From Campylobacterota bacterium (GTDB lineage: Bacteria > Campylobacterota > Campylobacteria > Campylobacterales > Sulfurimonadaceae): DNA of 25,468 bases. Positions 7,655 to 17,079 of the stretch are shown one piece after another. Each line of letters starts with the position of its first letter. Position 1 is the stretch's first letter. Where the stretch lies: assembly GCA_034717975.1 (NCBI GenBank), contig JAYEMF010000011.1:2903-28370 (forward strand), given 5' to 3'. The translations under genes and the position numbers were made by a program. The notes below the pieces were generated by a model. It ran no database searches. It saw nothing but the letters and a program-made list of their open reading frames with translations, and was not told the DNA's origin.

Positions 7655-8526
7655 TGGATCATCAGGCAGCAAAACTACAGGAGTTGGTGGCAAAAAAAGG
7701 CAACACAGGCAGTAAAAAAACCCGTTTTATTGCTATTACAAGCGGTAAAGGCGGTGTCGGTAAAAGCACTATCAGCTCAAATCTGGCATTGTCACTCTCT
7801 AAAAAGGGTTTGAAAGTCGGTATATTTGATGCCGATATCGGCCTGGCCAATCTTGATGTGATGTTTAATGTCAAGATCCGCAAAAATATTTTGCATGTTC
7901 TTCGGGGAGAGGCCACCGTCTCCGATATTTTGATCCAAATCAATAAAAACCTGATGCTTATCCCAGGAGAGAGCGGCCAGGAGATCCTGAAGTATTCCGA
8001 TGCATCACTTTTTAAGCGTTTTATGGAAGAGGCCAATGTTCTTGATGATCTGGATGTGATGATCATCGATACGGGTGCAGGGATCGGCGAACATATTCAG
8101 CTCTTTTTGAATGCCGCTGATGATGTGATCGTTGTCACGGTACCGGACCCTGCCGCGATCACAGATGCCTATGCGACGATCAAAGTGACGGCAAAGATGC
8201 GTGATGATATCTGTGTCATCATGAACCAGGTACGCTCGGAAAAAGAAGCGATAGCTGTTTTTGATAAGATTAAAAAAGTGGCGCATCAGAATATTGGTGC
8301 ACAACTTCAGCTGGAACTGCTTGGAAAAGTCAATCAGGACAGTAAGGTTGCCATGTCTGTTAAACAGCGTACCCTTTTTATGGAAGAGTATCCCTCTTCA
8401 CAGCCAAGTAAAGATATCGAGTTGATCGCCCAGAAAATTGGAAAAAAACTGGAACATAATGTGCTAGTAGAGTCTAACGACAGTGGGCTGAGCGGTCTGT
8501 TTAAGCGCCTAATGGAGCATTTTTAG
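7654..8526 (+). CDS. flhG: MinD/ParA-family ATPase FlhG
   Basis: DHQAAKL N-terminal motif, SGKGGVGKS, DADIGLANLD, IDTGAGIG; directly follows flhF. Confidence 0.95.
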   Translation: MDHQAAKLQELVAKKGNTGSKKTRFIAITSGKGGVGKSTISSNLALSLSKKGLKVGIFDADIGLANLDVMFNVKIRKNILHVLRGEATVSDILIQINKNLMLIPGESGQEILKYSDASLFKRFMEEANVLDDLDVMIIDTGAGIGEHIQLFLNAADDVIVVTVPDPAAITDAYATIKVTAKMRDDICVIMNQVRSEKEAIAVFDKIKKVAHQNIGAQLQLELLGKVNQDSKVAMSVKQRTLFMEEYPSSQPSKDIELIAQKIGKKLEHNVLVESNDSGLSGLFKRLMEHF

Positions 8527-8537
8527 TAACTGAGGAC

Positions 8538-8855
8538 GTGGTAATGCATGGTGGCAATTTTGTTGCATTTTTCACTGTACAGGGTTTTTTTGTCGGAGTG
8601 GTCTTTGCTCTGTTGAAATCCAGCAGTCCAGAAGCTGTTCTCTATTACACCTTTATGATTACCGGTTTTTTCTATCTTTTTTCGCATCTTTGTGTCGCTT
8701 TTTATTTTCGAACACTCAGTTCAAGGGCTGCCTATTTTCCAAAAGATTCGCATGAACATCAACTTGATCAGATCGTACATGAAATCGCTAAACGCGAAAA
8801 GTATATTGAAGAGAGCATTGATAAGCAAAAAGATCCGATGGAAAGTGCTGCATGA
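8538..8855 (+). CDS. flgV: Two-TM flagellar motility protein, FlgV-like
   Basis: Two hydrophobic helices and a charged C-terminus, in the flhG-fliA slot where flgV lies in Campylobacter/Helicobacter. GTG start with a GAGGA SD; an ATG at 8544 is an alternative. Confidence 0.7.
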   Translation: MVMHGGNFVAFFTVQGFFVGVVFALLKSSSPEAVLYYTFMITGFFYLFSHLCVAFYFRTLSSRAAYFPKDSHEHQLDQIVHEIAKREKYIEESIDKQKDPMESAA

Positions 8856-9553
8856 ATCCGCATGATGCCTACTCTGCCGAGTTGAAACATAAAGAGGATC
8901 AGCTTGCCATTCAGTATCTTCCGGCAGTCAAGGCAATGGCATTCCGTCTAAAAGAGCGCCTGCCGAGTTCGGTCGACTACCTTGACCTTTCAGCGATCGG
9001 CACAGAGGAGCTGGTGAAACTGGCACGCCGCTATGATGAGGCGCAAAATGACTCATTCTGGGGCTATGCCAAAACGCGTGTCTATGGAGCGATGCTGGAT
9101 TATCTTCGTTCGCTCGATGTTCTCTCTCGGGCGAATCGACGGCTTGTCAAAGGGATCAACAAGGCAGTGGAACTCCATCTGGCTGAGCATGATGAGGAGC
9201 CAAGCGATGCGGAGTTGGCAGAGATGCTTGGTGAAGATGAGGAGAAGATTCATGATGCACGCATCGCTTCGAGTATCTATACGGTCATGCCGCTTCATGA
9301 TCAGCTCAATGAAGGGGATGAAGGAGCGACATTAGAGCGTATCGAGCGTGAAGAGCTGGTCGAAGTGATCAAATCGGTGTTGATGCGCTATAATGAACGA
9401 GAACAGATGATTATTCAGCTCTACTATTTTGAAGAGCTGACACTCAAAGAGATCAGTGAGATATTGGGGATCACAGAGTCCCGTATCTCACAGATTCATA
9501 AATCGGTTATCCGAAAAATAAAAGAGGCAGTAGTGGGAGAAGACGATGGCTGA
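8852..9553 (+). CDS. fliA: Flagellar sigma factor sigma28
   Basis: YLPAVKAMAFRLKERLPSSV, RVYGAMLDYLRSLD, LYYFEELTLKEISEILGITESRISQIH. Confidence 0.97.
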   Translation: MNPHDAYSAELKHKEDQLAIQYLPAVKAMAFRLKERLPSSVDYLDLSAIGTEELVKLARRYDEAQNDSFWGYAKTRVYGAMLDYLRSLDVLSRANRRLVKGINKAVELHLAEHDEEPSDAELAEMLGEDEEKIHDARIASSIYTVMPLHDQLNEGDEGATLERIEREELVEVIKSVLMRYNEREQMIIQLYYFEELTLKEISEILGITESRISQIHKSVIRKIKEAVVGEDDG

Positions 9554-10643
9554 TATTCTTTCTCAAGAAGAGATTGATGCCCTGTTGGACGTTGTTGATG
9601 ACGAGGGAGATGAGCTACTTGAGGAGTCCGAAGAAGAGGGGCTCTCCAACCGGCAGATAACGCTTTACGACTTTAAACGTCCTAACCGTGTATCTAAAGA
9701 GCAACTCCGGGCATTTCGCGGTATTCATGACAAAATGGCGCGCTCGCTCTCTTCACAGATCTCTGCCATTATGCGCTCGATCGTCGAGATCCAGCTGCAC
9801 TCGGTTGACCAGATGACCTATGGGGAATTCTTGATGTCCCTGCCAAATCCTACCAGTTTCAATGTCTTTTCGATGAAACCCCTGGAAGGTAATGGTGTTT
9901 TAGAGATCAACCCGTCCATCGCCTTTCCGATGCTGGACCGTTTATTGGGCGGAAAGGGTGAACCGTTTGAGTCGAATCGGGAGTTCTCCGATATCGAACT
10001 GAGCCTTTTTGAGACCATTTTACGGGTTATGATGAGTACACTCAAAGAGGCGTGGGGCCCAGTAGCCGACGTTTACCCGGCCATTGAGTCCAAAGAGTCA
10101 AGTCCTAATGTCGTTCAGATCGTTGCGCAAAATGAGATTGTCGTAATGGTCGTTATGGAGATCATCATCGGACACAGTTCGGGGATGATGAATATCTGTT
10201 ATCCGGTTATCGCACTTGAGCCTGTTCTGCCTAAACTGGCAAGCCGTGATCTGATGCTTAACGAAACCAGCTCCAAAAAGAGCCGTAATAAAGAGCTTCA
10301 GGTCCTGCTTGGGGGTGCGCATGTCGATGTAGAAGCGACACTCAGCCATGCCCAGATGACGCTGAAAGAACTCCTTGATCTGCAAAAAGGCGATATTATC
10401 CGTCTGAACTCACCGGCTAATGATATCGTGACGTTGAGCGTTGATGGTAAAGAGCGTTATCACGGTGAAATTGGATTGCGACGCTTCCGTAAATCAGTGC
10501 AGCTCAAAGAGGTGATCGATACGGAAAAAGATGCGGTCAAGCGGGCACTTAAAGATTTTGAATCAAAACGGAGAATATCTATTAACGGGTTTAAAGAGTT
10601 GACAGAATTTGAACATGAGGATGAGGAGCCACTGGATGACTGA
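9546..10643 (+). CDS. fliM: Flagellar motor switch protein FliM
   Basis: MADILSQEEIDALL CheY-binding motif, YDFKRPNRVSKEQLR, DRLLGGKG, C-terminal SPOA domain. Confidence 0.98.
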   Translation: MADILSQEEIDALLDVVDDEGDELLEESEEEGLSNRQITLYDFKRPNRVSKEQLRAFRGIHDKMARSLSSQISAIMRSIVEIQLHSVDQMTYGEFLMSLPNPTSFNVFSMKPLEGNGVLEINPSIAFPMLDRLLGGKGEPFESNREFSDIELSLFETILRVMMSTLKEAWGPVADVYPAIESKESSPNVVQIVAQNEIVVMVVMEIIIGHSSGMMNICYPVIALEPVLPKLASRDLMLNETSSKKSRNKELQVLLGGAHVDVEATLSHAQMTLKELLDLQKGDIIRLNSPANDIVTLSVDGKERYHGEIGLRRFRKSVQLKEVIDTEKDAVKRALKDFESKRRISINGFKELTEFEHEDEEPLDD

Positions 10644-11511
10644 ATTTATGAAGCTATTTGAGAGTGAGACAATCGCAACAATCGAAGGGCTTACCGGAAT
10701 GGCTCCGAGCCTTGAACTTAAAGAAGAAGAGACGATTTCGACGGTTTCCAACATCATTCCGCCAACCGCTCTGGTAAATATCAGTGTAAGTGGTGCGGTT
10801 GATGCCAAAGCAGCAGTATCAATGCCTCCTTCGCTTGCAACGGCACTTGGTGACCTGATGCTTGGCGGCGAGGGTGAAGGCAAAGATACGATGGATGAAG
10901 ATGATCTTGATGCTGCCAAAGAGATTGTTTCAAACATAGTAGGAGCGATATCAACCGCACTTGGCTCTCAAAAAGAGATGCCGCAACTCTCACTTAAAGT
11001 TGAAGAGATCACTTTTATTCCGGAAGAGGGTGAGGTTGATCTTGATGGCTTTAGCAAGATGTTTGTCTATCAGTTTACGCTTGAAGCCATCAAGGCATTG
11101 ATGATTTTTATTGTCGATGAACAACTCGAAGGCGCATTCAGTTCGGCAGGCTCGGCTGAAAGTCAAGTAGAAGCTTCTGCTGCACCGGCAGCCCCGTCAA
11201 ATGATGCGGTAGTGGCTCCTTCAGCTATGAACCTCGACGAATCGGAAATGAACAACATCAATCTGATCATGGATGTCAAGCTTCCGGTACGTGTACGTAT
11301 CGGTCAAAAACGGATGCTGCTCAAAGATGTTCTGAGTATGGATATCGGTTCGGTGATCGAACTCAATCAGCTGGCAAATGATCCGCTCGATATTTTGGTA
11401 GATGACAAGGTGATCGCTCAGGGTGAGGTTGTCATCGTGGATGGTAACTTCGGGATTCAGATCACTACGATAGGAACAAAACGTGAACGGTTAAATCAAC
11501 TGAAATCGTAA
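10636..11511 (+). CDS. fliY: Flagellar motor switch protein FliY
   Basis: IATIEGLTG and KEIVSN CheC-like domain plus FliN-like C-terminus (MDVKLPVRVRIG, GEVVIVDGNFGIQIT). Start set to the ATG at 10636 (GAGGA SD, overlaps fliM end). Confidence 0.95.
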   Translation: MTEFMKLFESETIATIEGLTGMAPSLELKEEETISTVSNIIPPTALVNISVSGAVDAKAAVSMPPSLATALGDLMLGGEGEGKDTMDEDDLDAAKEIVSNIVGAISTALGSQKEMPQLSLKVEEITFIPEEGEVDLDGFSKMFVYQFTLEAIKALMIFIVDEQLEGAFSSAGSAESQVEASAAPAAPSNDAVVAPSAMNLDESEMNNINLIMDVKLPVRVRIGQKRMLLKDVLSMDIGSVIELNQLANDPLDILVDDKVIAQGEVVIVDGNFGIQITTIGTKRERLNQLKS

Positions 11512-11637
11512 GTTTTAGTTGATAATTTTTAATGTTGAATAAATATAAGCTCATCTGATGAGCGATCTGTCAATAAAAACTAAGTACGCTTAGCGTGCCT
11601 ATGTCCATTTAAAATTAACCATTCAAAATTCAAAATT
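11511..11637. repeat. Degenerate inverted heptamer arrays flanking two small palindromes
   Basis: Left: AGTTGAT AATTTTT AATGTTG AAT. Right: TAAAATT AACCATT CAAAATT CAAAATT. Inside: GCTCATC-T-GATGAGC (11549-11563) and GTACGC-TTA-GCGTGC (11584-11598). Confidence 0.5.
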
Positions 11638-11647
11638 AGGATTTTAT

Positions 11648-12433
11648 ATGGAACGTCGTAAATCCAATCAAAAAAAATTGGCTTCAAAGTATGTTAAAGA
11701 TATTAAGTCGGCTGATGTCTGGAGTGTCTTCAAGATCATTACTGATTTTGTTCAGGGGTTTGATGAGTTAGGCGACCTTGGACCGGCTGTCACGGTCTTT
11801 GGAAGTGCCAGAACTGATCCTGAACATCACTACTATCAACAAGCTGTCGAATTGGGAGATATGCTTGGACAGCGGGGTTTTAATGTCATCACCGGCGGTG
11901 GACCGGGGATTATGGAAGCGGCCAACAAAGGTGCTTTTAAAAACCCGGATGTGGAATCGGTCGGACTGAATGTTGATCTGCCGATGGAGCAGGTTCCTAA
12001 TAAATATACGACAAAAGAGCAGGATTTTGACTACTTCTTCTCCCGGAAAGTGATGCTGATCAAATATTCGACCGCTTATGTGATTTTTCCGGGCGGTTTC
12101 GGGACGCTGGATGAACTTTTTGAGGCTTTGACCCTGGTTCAGACCCGTAAAATTGCATCGGTGCGTATTTTTCTCTTCGGTAAACGCTTTTTCAAGCCAT
12201 TGATCAAATTTATAAAGACACGAATGGTGGAAGAGGGAATGATTGATCAGGAGGATCTGGATCTGATTACCGTGACGGATGATCTTGAACTGATTGTGAA
12301 AGAGATTGAGACATCCCTTCCTGAACAGATCGACGCACTGGAAGAAGAGGGGCTCGAAGCCACTCAATATTATAAAAATCTGTCAGAATTTTTTGAGAAC
12401 CGTGAGATTAACGGTGGTCATGACTCTAAATAG
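11648..12433 (+). CDS. LOG-family (TIGR00730-type Rossmann fold) nucleotide phosphoribohydrolase-like protein
   Basis: VFGSART, ITGGGPGIMEAANKGA, YFFSRKVML, PGGFGTLDELFE. Confidence 0.92.
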   Translation: MERRKSNQKKLASKYVKDIKSADVWSVFKIITDFVQGFDELGDLGPAVTVFGSARTDPEHHYYQQAVELGDMLGQRGFNVITGGGPGIMEAANKGAFKNPDVESVGLNVDLPMEQVPNKYTTKEQDFDYFFSRKVMLIKYSTAYVIFPGGFGTLDELFEALTLVQTRKIASVRIFLFGKRFFKPLIKFIKTRMVEEGMIDQEDLDLITVTDDLELIVKEIETSLPEQIDALEEEGLEATQYYKNLSEFFENREINGGHDSK

Positions 12434-12450
12434 TAAAACGGGATAAAAGT

Positions 12451-13473
12451 GTGAATAAAAAAGTATTGATCGGTATGAGTGGAGGTGTTGATTCGACAGT
12501 GGCCACCTTGCTTCTAAAAGAGCAGGGGTATGAGGTCGAAGGTCTCTATATGAAGCTTCATGCCAAGCCGGGTTATCATGAGGTTCATCTGGCCCGTGCT
12601 CAGAAAGCTGCTGACTTTGCAGGCGTAAAACTGCATGTTCTCGATCTGCAGGAGACTTTTCAGGAGAAGGTTGTCAATCCTTTTATCGAGACCTATAAAG
12701 AGGGTGAGACACCCAACCCCTGTGCACTCTGTAACCGCAATCTGAAATTTGGTGAGATGGTGAAGTTTGCTGATAGAGTCGGAGCAGACTATATAGCGAC
12801 AGGGCACTATATCAAAACTGACGGTACGCATCTGCTACAGGCGGAAGATGACACGAAAGATCAGAGTTATTTTCTTTTCTATATCAACCAGGAGATTGTC
12901 CCTAGATTGCTTTTCCCTCTGGGAGAACGGCATAAATCCGATATCAAAGATTTTGCCTCCTCTATCGAAGGTTTGGAATCTTTTGCTTCACAGGCTGAGT
13001 CGAGCGAGATCTGTTTTGTGGAGACAACCTATACCGATCTCCTGAAGGATTATGTGCAGGTTGATCAACCCGGTGAGGTACTTGACAGTGAAGGTAATAT
13101 CGTGGGTGAGCACAAAGGGTATATGCACTATACGATCGGCAAGCGCAAAGGCTTTACGGTCAAAGGGGCACATGATCCGCACTATGTGACCAGAATCATT
13201 CCCGAAAAGAACCAGATCGTTGTCGGGCTTCGTGATGAACTGGCCTGTCATCATGTAAACCTTCGTGATATCAATATGTTCGATGATCGTACCAGTTTCG
13301 ATACAACGGTCAAGTTGCGTTACCGTACCCATGCGGTACCGTGCCATGTTGAGATTATAGACGGTGATCAGGCTACGGTTGAACTTAAAGAACCTGTTCT
13401 GGGCGTTGCCAAAGGGCAGGCGGCCGTTTTTTATGAAGACAATAAGCTTATCGGTGGCGGTTGGATCACATAG
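12451..13473 (+). CDS. mnmA: tRNA 2-thiouridine(34) synthase
   Basis: MSGGVDS, TPNPCALCN..LKF, ATGHY, KDQSYFL, ESSEICF, YTIGKRKG, GQAAVFY. GTG start. Confidence 0.97.
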   Translation: MNKKVLIGMSGGVDSTVATLLLKEQGYEVEGLYMKLHAKPGYHEVHLARAQKAADFAGVKLHVLDLQETFQEKVVNPFIETYKEGETPNPCALCNRNLKFGEMVKFADRVGADYIATGHYIKTDGTHLLQAEDDTKDQSYFLFYINQEIVPRLLFPLGERHKSDIKDFASSIEGLESFASQAESSEICFVETTYTDLLKDYVQVDQPGEVLDSEGNIVGEHKGYMHYTIGKRKGFTVKGAHDPHYVTRIIPEKNQIVVGLRDELACHHVNLRDINMFDDRTSFDTTVKLRYRTHAVPCHVEIIDGDQATVELKEPVLGVAKGQAAVFYEDNKLIGGGWIT

Positions 13474-13529
13474 ATTTAACCCGGGTTTGATTCTGCGCCA
13501 ATTTAAATCCCTTCTCAAACTTTACACGC

Positions 13530-13535
13530 TATAAT
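13530..13535 (+). promoter_or_regulatory. Candidate sigma70 -10 box for prs
   Basis: Perfect TATAAT about 30 nt upstream of the ATG at 13565; AAGGT SD. Confidence 0.5.
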
Positions 13536-13564
13536 TCCATTATTATTTTTACCGAAGGTCACCC

Positions 13565-14491
13565 ATGCGCGGATATAAAATTTTTTCCGGTTCTTCCAGT
13601 GTAGAGTTTGCCAAAGAGGTGTGTCAAAACCTCGATGTTCCCCTGGCTAAAGCAGATATAAAACGTTTCAGTGATGGAGAGATCTCTGTTCAGATCGCAG
13701 AGAGCGTTCGCGGACGTGATGTTTTTATCATTCAGTCAACAGGTGCACCTTCAAATGATAATCTGATGGAGCTACTGATCATGACTGATGCGCTTCGCCG
13801 TTCATCTGCCAACTCGATCACAGCGGTTGTTCCATACTTCGGTTATGCACGTCAGGACCGTAAAGCGGCGCCGCGTGTACCGATTACGGCACGTCTTGTT
13901 GCCGATCTCTATGAAAGGGCGGGGATTGATCGTGTTATTACCATCGATCTGCATGCCGGCCAGATCCAGGGCTTTTTCGATATTCCGGTCGATAACCTTT
14001 ATGGAGCGATCATTTTTCAGGAGTATATCAAGAGTAAAAATCTGCCAAACCCTGTTATCGCTTCTCCAGATATCGGCGGGGTGGCACGAGCCCGTTATTT
14101 TGCGAAAAAAATGGGCCTTGAGATCGTCATCGTCGATAAACGCCGCGAAAAGGCAAATGAAGCGGAAGTGATGAACATCATCGGCGATGTGGATGGTAAA
14201 GATGTCATCATGATCGATGATATGGTTGATACGGCCGGAACGATGGTCAAAGGTGCAGCAGCATTAAAGAAGAATGGGGCTGCATCGGTTATGGCATGTG
14301 CGACGCATGGTGTGCTTAGCGGTAAAGCGTATGAGAATCTTGACAAGGGTGAGCTCGATGAGTTGATCATTTCCAACTCTTTAGAGACAAAACCGCATCA
14401 AAATATCAAAGTGCTGACCGTTGCACCGCTTTTCTCTGAAGTGATTCGCCGTGTCTATCATAACGAGAGTGTCAACTCGCTCTTTTCATAA
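13565..14491 (+). CDS. prs: Ribose-phosphate pyrophosphokinase
   Basis: RFSDGEI, PYFGYARQDRK, DLHAGQIQGFFD, SPDIGGVARA, IDDMVDTAGT, ATHGVLS. Confidence 0.98.
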   Translation: MRGYKIFSGSSSVEFAKEVCQNLDVPLAKADIKRFSDGEISVQIAESVRGRDVFIIQSTGAPSNDNLMELLIMTDALRRSSANSITAVVPYFGYARQDRKAAPRVPITARLVADLYERAGIDRVITIDLHAGQIQGFFDIPVDNLYGAIIFQEYIKSKNLPNPVIASPDIGGVARARYFAKKMGLEIVIVDKRREKANEAEVMNIIGDVDGKDVIMIDDMVDTAGTMVKGAAALKKNGAASVMACATHGVLSGKAYENLDKGELDELIISNSLETKPHQNIKVLTVAPLFSEVIRRVYHNESVNSLFS

Positions 14492-14535
14492 CATTGTTTT
14501 CAAGGAAACATCCCTTTGGGAGCGCTTCGCTTGTT

Positions 14536-14650
14536 TTGAACGCCAAAGGAATAAAATCCCTTTGGCTGCGCTAGCCGCTACATCCAGTGCTGACCAATGG
14601 CACTGAAGACACGTGGCACTAAAGTTTGCCTCTGTTGAGGCAGAAATTTT
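14536..14650 (+). repeat. Structured intergenic motif, copy A, ending in a terminator-like hairpin
   Basis: TTGAAC-GCCAAAGG-AATAAAATC-CCTTTGGC-TGCGCTAGCCGCTA, then a CAGTGCT/GGCACTG hairpin, GGCACTAAAG, and TTTGCCTC-TGTT-GAGGCAGA followed by a T-rich tract. Homologous to 24897-24977. Confidence 0.7.
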
Positions 14651-14690
14651 TATCTTTTTTTTCAGATAAAATAGATCAAACTAGGACCCC

Positions 14691-16487
14691 ATGAAATTAG
14701 ACAATATCAGAAATTTTTCTATCATTGCGCATATTGACCACGGTAAGAGTACCTTGGCTGACCGTATTATCCAGGAGTGCGGTTCGGTCAGTGAGCGTGA
14801 GCTTACTTCACAGATGATGGATACGATGGATATCGAGCAGGAGCGCGGGATCACGATCAAGGCGCAATCGGTCCGTCTGGACTATGTCAAAGACGGAGAA
14901 CACTACATCCTTAACCTGATCGACACCCCGGGCCACGTCGATTTCAGTTATGAGGTAAGCAAGTCACTCGCTTCATCTGATGGTGCTCTGTTGATCGTTG
15001 ATGCGGCGCAGGGTGTCGAAGCACAGACGATCGCCAATGTTTACCTGGCATTAGATAATGATCTTGAACTGCTTCCGGTTATCAATAAAATTGACTTGCC
15101 GGCCGCTGAACCTGAACGTGTAGCTGAAGAGATCGAACACTCCATCGGGATCGATGCGACAGATGCACTGCTTGTCTCTGCCAAAGCGGGTATCGGAATC
15201 CATGAACTGCTCGATGCCATCGTCGATCGCGTGCCGGCACCGGTGGGTGACCCCGATGCGACAACCAAGGCGATCATTTATGATTCGTGGTTTGATGCGT
15301 ATCTTGGGGCACTGGCACTCGTGCGTGTCTTTGACGGTGAGATCAGAAAAGGGCAGACCGTCAAGCTGATGAGTAACAACGAACAGCATCAGGTACTTGA
15401 CCTGATGTATCCGCATCCGAAAAAACGCCAAAAGACGGCAGCAATAAAAAGCGGTGAGATCGGGATCGTTGTACTGGGCCTCAAAGAGGTCGGATCGGTC
15501 AATGTCGGTGATACCATTACCGATGCCAAAGATCCGACAGCTGAACCTGTAGGTAATTATGAGCCGGCGAAACCGTTTGTATTTGCCGGACTCTATCCGA
15601 TCGATACCGACAGATTTGAAGAGCTGCGTGACGCCCTCGATAAACTGAAACTCAATGACAGTTCGCTGAGCTATGAGCCGGAGACCTCTATAGCACTTGG
15701 CTTTGGTTTCCGTGTCGGTTTCCTGGGTATGCTGCATATGGAAGTGATCAAGGAGCGTTTGGAGCGGGAGTTCAATCTTGATCTGATCGCAACAGCACCT
15801 TCGGTTATCTACAATGTCTATATGAATGACGGCTCGATGATTGAGGTGCAAAATCCTTCTGAACTGCCGGAAGTCAATCACATCGAACGTATTGAAGAGC
15901 CTTATGTTCGAGCGACTGTGATCACGCCGTCGGAGTTTTTGGGGAATATCATGAACCTGGTTGTCAGCAAACGCGGGGTTCAGGAGAAGATGGACTATCT
16001 CAACGAAGAGCGTGTTTTACTGGAGTACTCCGTACCGATGAATGAGATCGTTGTGGATTTTTATGATCAGCTAAAATCAGTCTCCAAAGGGTATGCAAGT
16101 TTTGACTATGATCCGACGGAATTCCGTGAGGGCGATCTGGTAAAACTTGATGTCCGGGTTGCCGGCGATGTTGTGGATGCTCTTAGCATCATCGTCCCTC
16201 GAACATCGGCAGAGTCACGCGGACGTACACTGGTAAAAAATATGAAAGAGATCATTCCCCGACAGCTGTTTGAGGTAGCGGTTCAGGCTTCCATCGGTAA
16301 CAGGGTTATCGCCCGCGAAACGATCAAGTCGATGGGAAAAAATGTCACGGCAAAATGTTATGGCGGTGACATCACCCGTAAACGTAAACTGCTTGAAAAA
16401 CAGAAAAAAGGTAAAAAACGGATGAAGGCGATCGGTAAGGTGCAGCTGCCGCAAGAGGCTTTTATGTCCGTCCTCAAAATGGATTGA
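14691..16487 (+). CDS. lepA: Translation elongation factor 4
   Basis: [78 protein letters not shown]. Confidence 0.99.
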   Translation: MKLDNIRNFSIIAHIDHGKSTLADRIIQECGSVSERELTSQMMDTMDIEQERGITIKAQSVRLDYVKDGEHYILNLIDTPGHVDFSYEVSKSLASSDGALLIVDAAQGVEAQTIANVYLALDNDLELLPVINKIDLPAAEPERVAEEIEHSIGIDATDALLVSAKAGIGIHELLDAIVDRVPAPVGDPDATTKAIIYDSWFDAYLGALALVRVFDGEIRKGQTVKLMSNNEQHQVLDLMYPHPKKRQKTAAIKSGEIGIVVLGLKEVGSVNVGDTITDAKDPTAEPVGNYEPAKPFVFAGLYPIDTDRFEELRDALDKLKLNDSSLSYEPETSIALGFGFRVGFLGMLHMEVIKERLEREFNLDLIATAPSVIYNVYMNDGSMIEVQNPSELPEVNHIERIEEPYVRATVITPSEFLGNIMNLVVSKRGVQEKMDYLNEERVLLEYSVPMNEIVVDFYDQLKSVSKGYASFDYDPTEFREGDLVKLDVRVAGDVVDALSIIVPRTSAESRGRTLVKNMKEIIPRQLFEVAVQASIGNRVIARETIKSMGKNVTAKCYGGDITRKRKLLEKQKKGKKRMKAIGKVQLPQEAFMSVLKMD

Positions 16488-16488
16488 C

Positions 16489-17079
16489 ATGCGCTGCATG
16501 ATGTGTGAGGGGTGGTCCTTTTCGCATATCTGCAAGCCATGCCGAAGTGAGTACCTGACACCTTCGCTCTACAAGAAAAAAATCCTCGGGAATATCCCCG
16601 TCTACTCCTTTTACAAATACAGTGACATCGAGACACTGCTCCATACCAAACATACCGATCTAGGCTACTATATCTATACGATTTTAGCAAAGCAGACAAT
16701 GAAACATTTTAGTTCCAATTTTGATTATGAGGGACGTGTCGCTGCGATCGGGATAGACGATCATGTCCGTAACGGCTACTCCCATACTGCACTGCTGGCG
16801 AAAGCTTTGAGATCAAAACAGATCAAACCGCACTATGGAAAATTGAGGGCACAAAACAAGGAGAGTTACTCCGGACAGAGCTTTCAGTTTAGGTTACTGC
16901 ATCCAAGAAACTTTGAGATGAAGCCGTTTGATGAGGAGGAGGTCATTCTCGTTGATGATATATTGACAACAGGGATGACGCTGACCCAGGCGGCTGAAGC
17001 ACTGCACCGTGAGGGAAAAAAAGTACTCTTCTGCCTTACCCTGGCAGATGCCGATGAGAAACCGACACCGGTGAAATAA
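16489..17079 (+). CDS. ComF-family phosphoribosyltransferase-fold protein
   Basis: N-terminal CxxC...CxxC zinc knuckle, GYSHTA, VILVDDILTTGMTL PRPP-binding motif. Confidence 0.9.
   Translation: MRCMMCEGWSFSHICKPCRSEYLTPSLYKKKILGNIPVYSFYKYSDIETLLHTKHTDLGYYIYTILAKQTMKHFSSNFDYEGRVAAIGIDDHVRNGYSHTALLAKALRSKQIKPHYGKLRAQNKESYSGQSFQFRLLHPRNFEMKPFDEEEVILVDDILTTGMTLTQAAEALHREGKKVLFCLTLADADEKPTPVK

Noticed and set aside
5430..13473. Metabolic genes (aroQ, folK, LOG, mnmA) interleaved with flagellar genes
   Set aside because: This order is the known conserved arrangement in Campylobacterota, not a novelty.
14501..14531. CAAGGAAACATCCCTTTGGG and AGCG-CTT-CGCT just before motif copy A
   Set aside because: Looks like a short degenerate duplicate of the adjacent hairpin; too short to call as a separate element.
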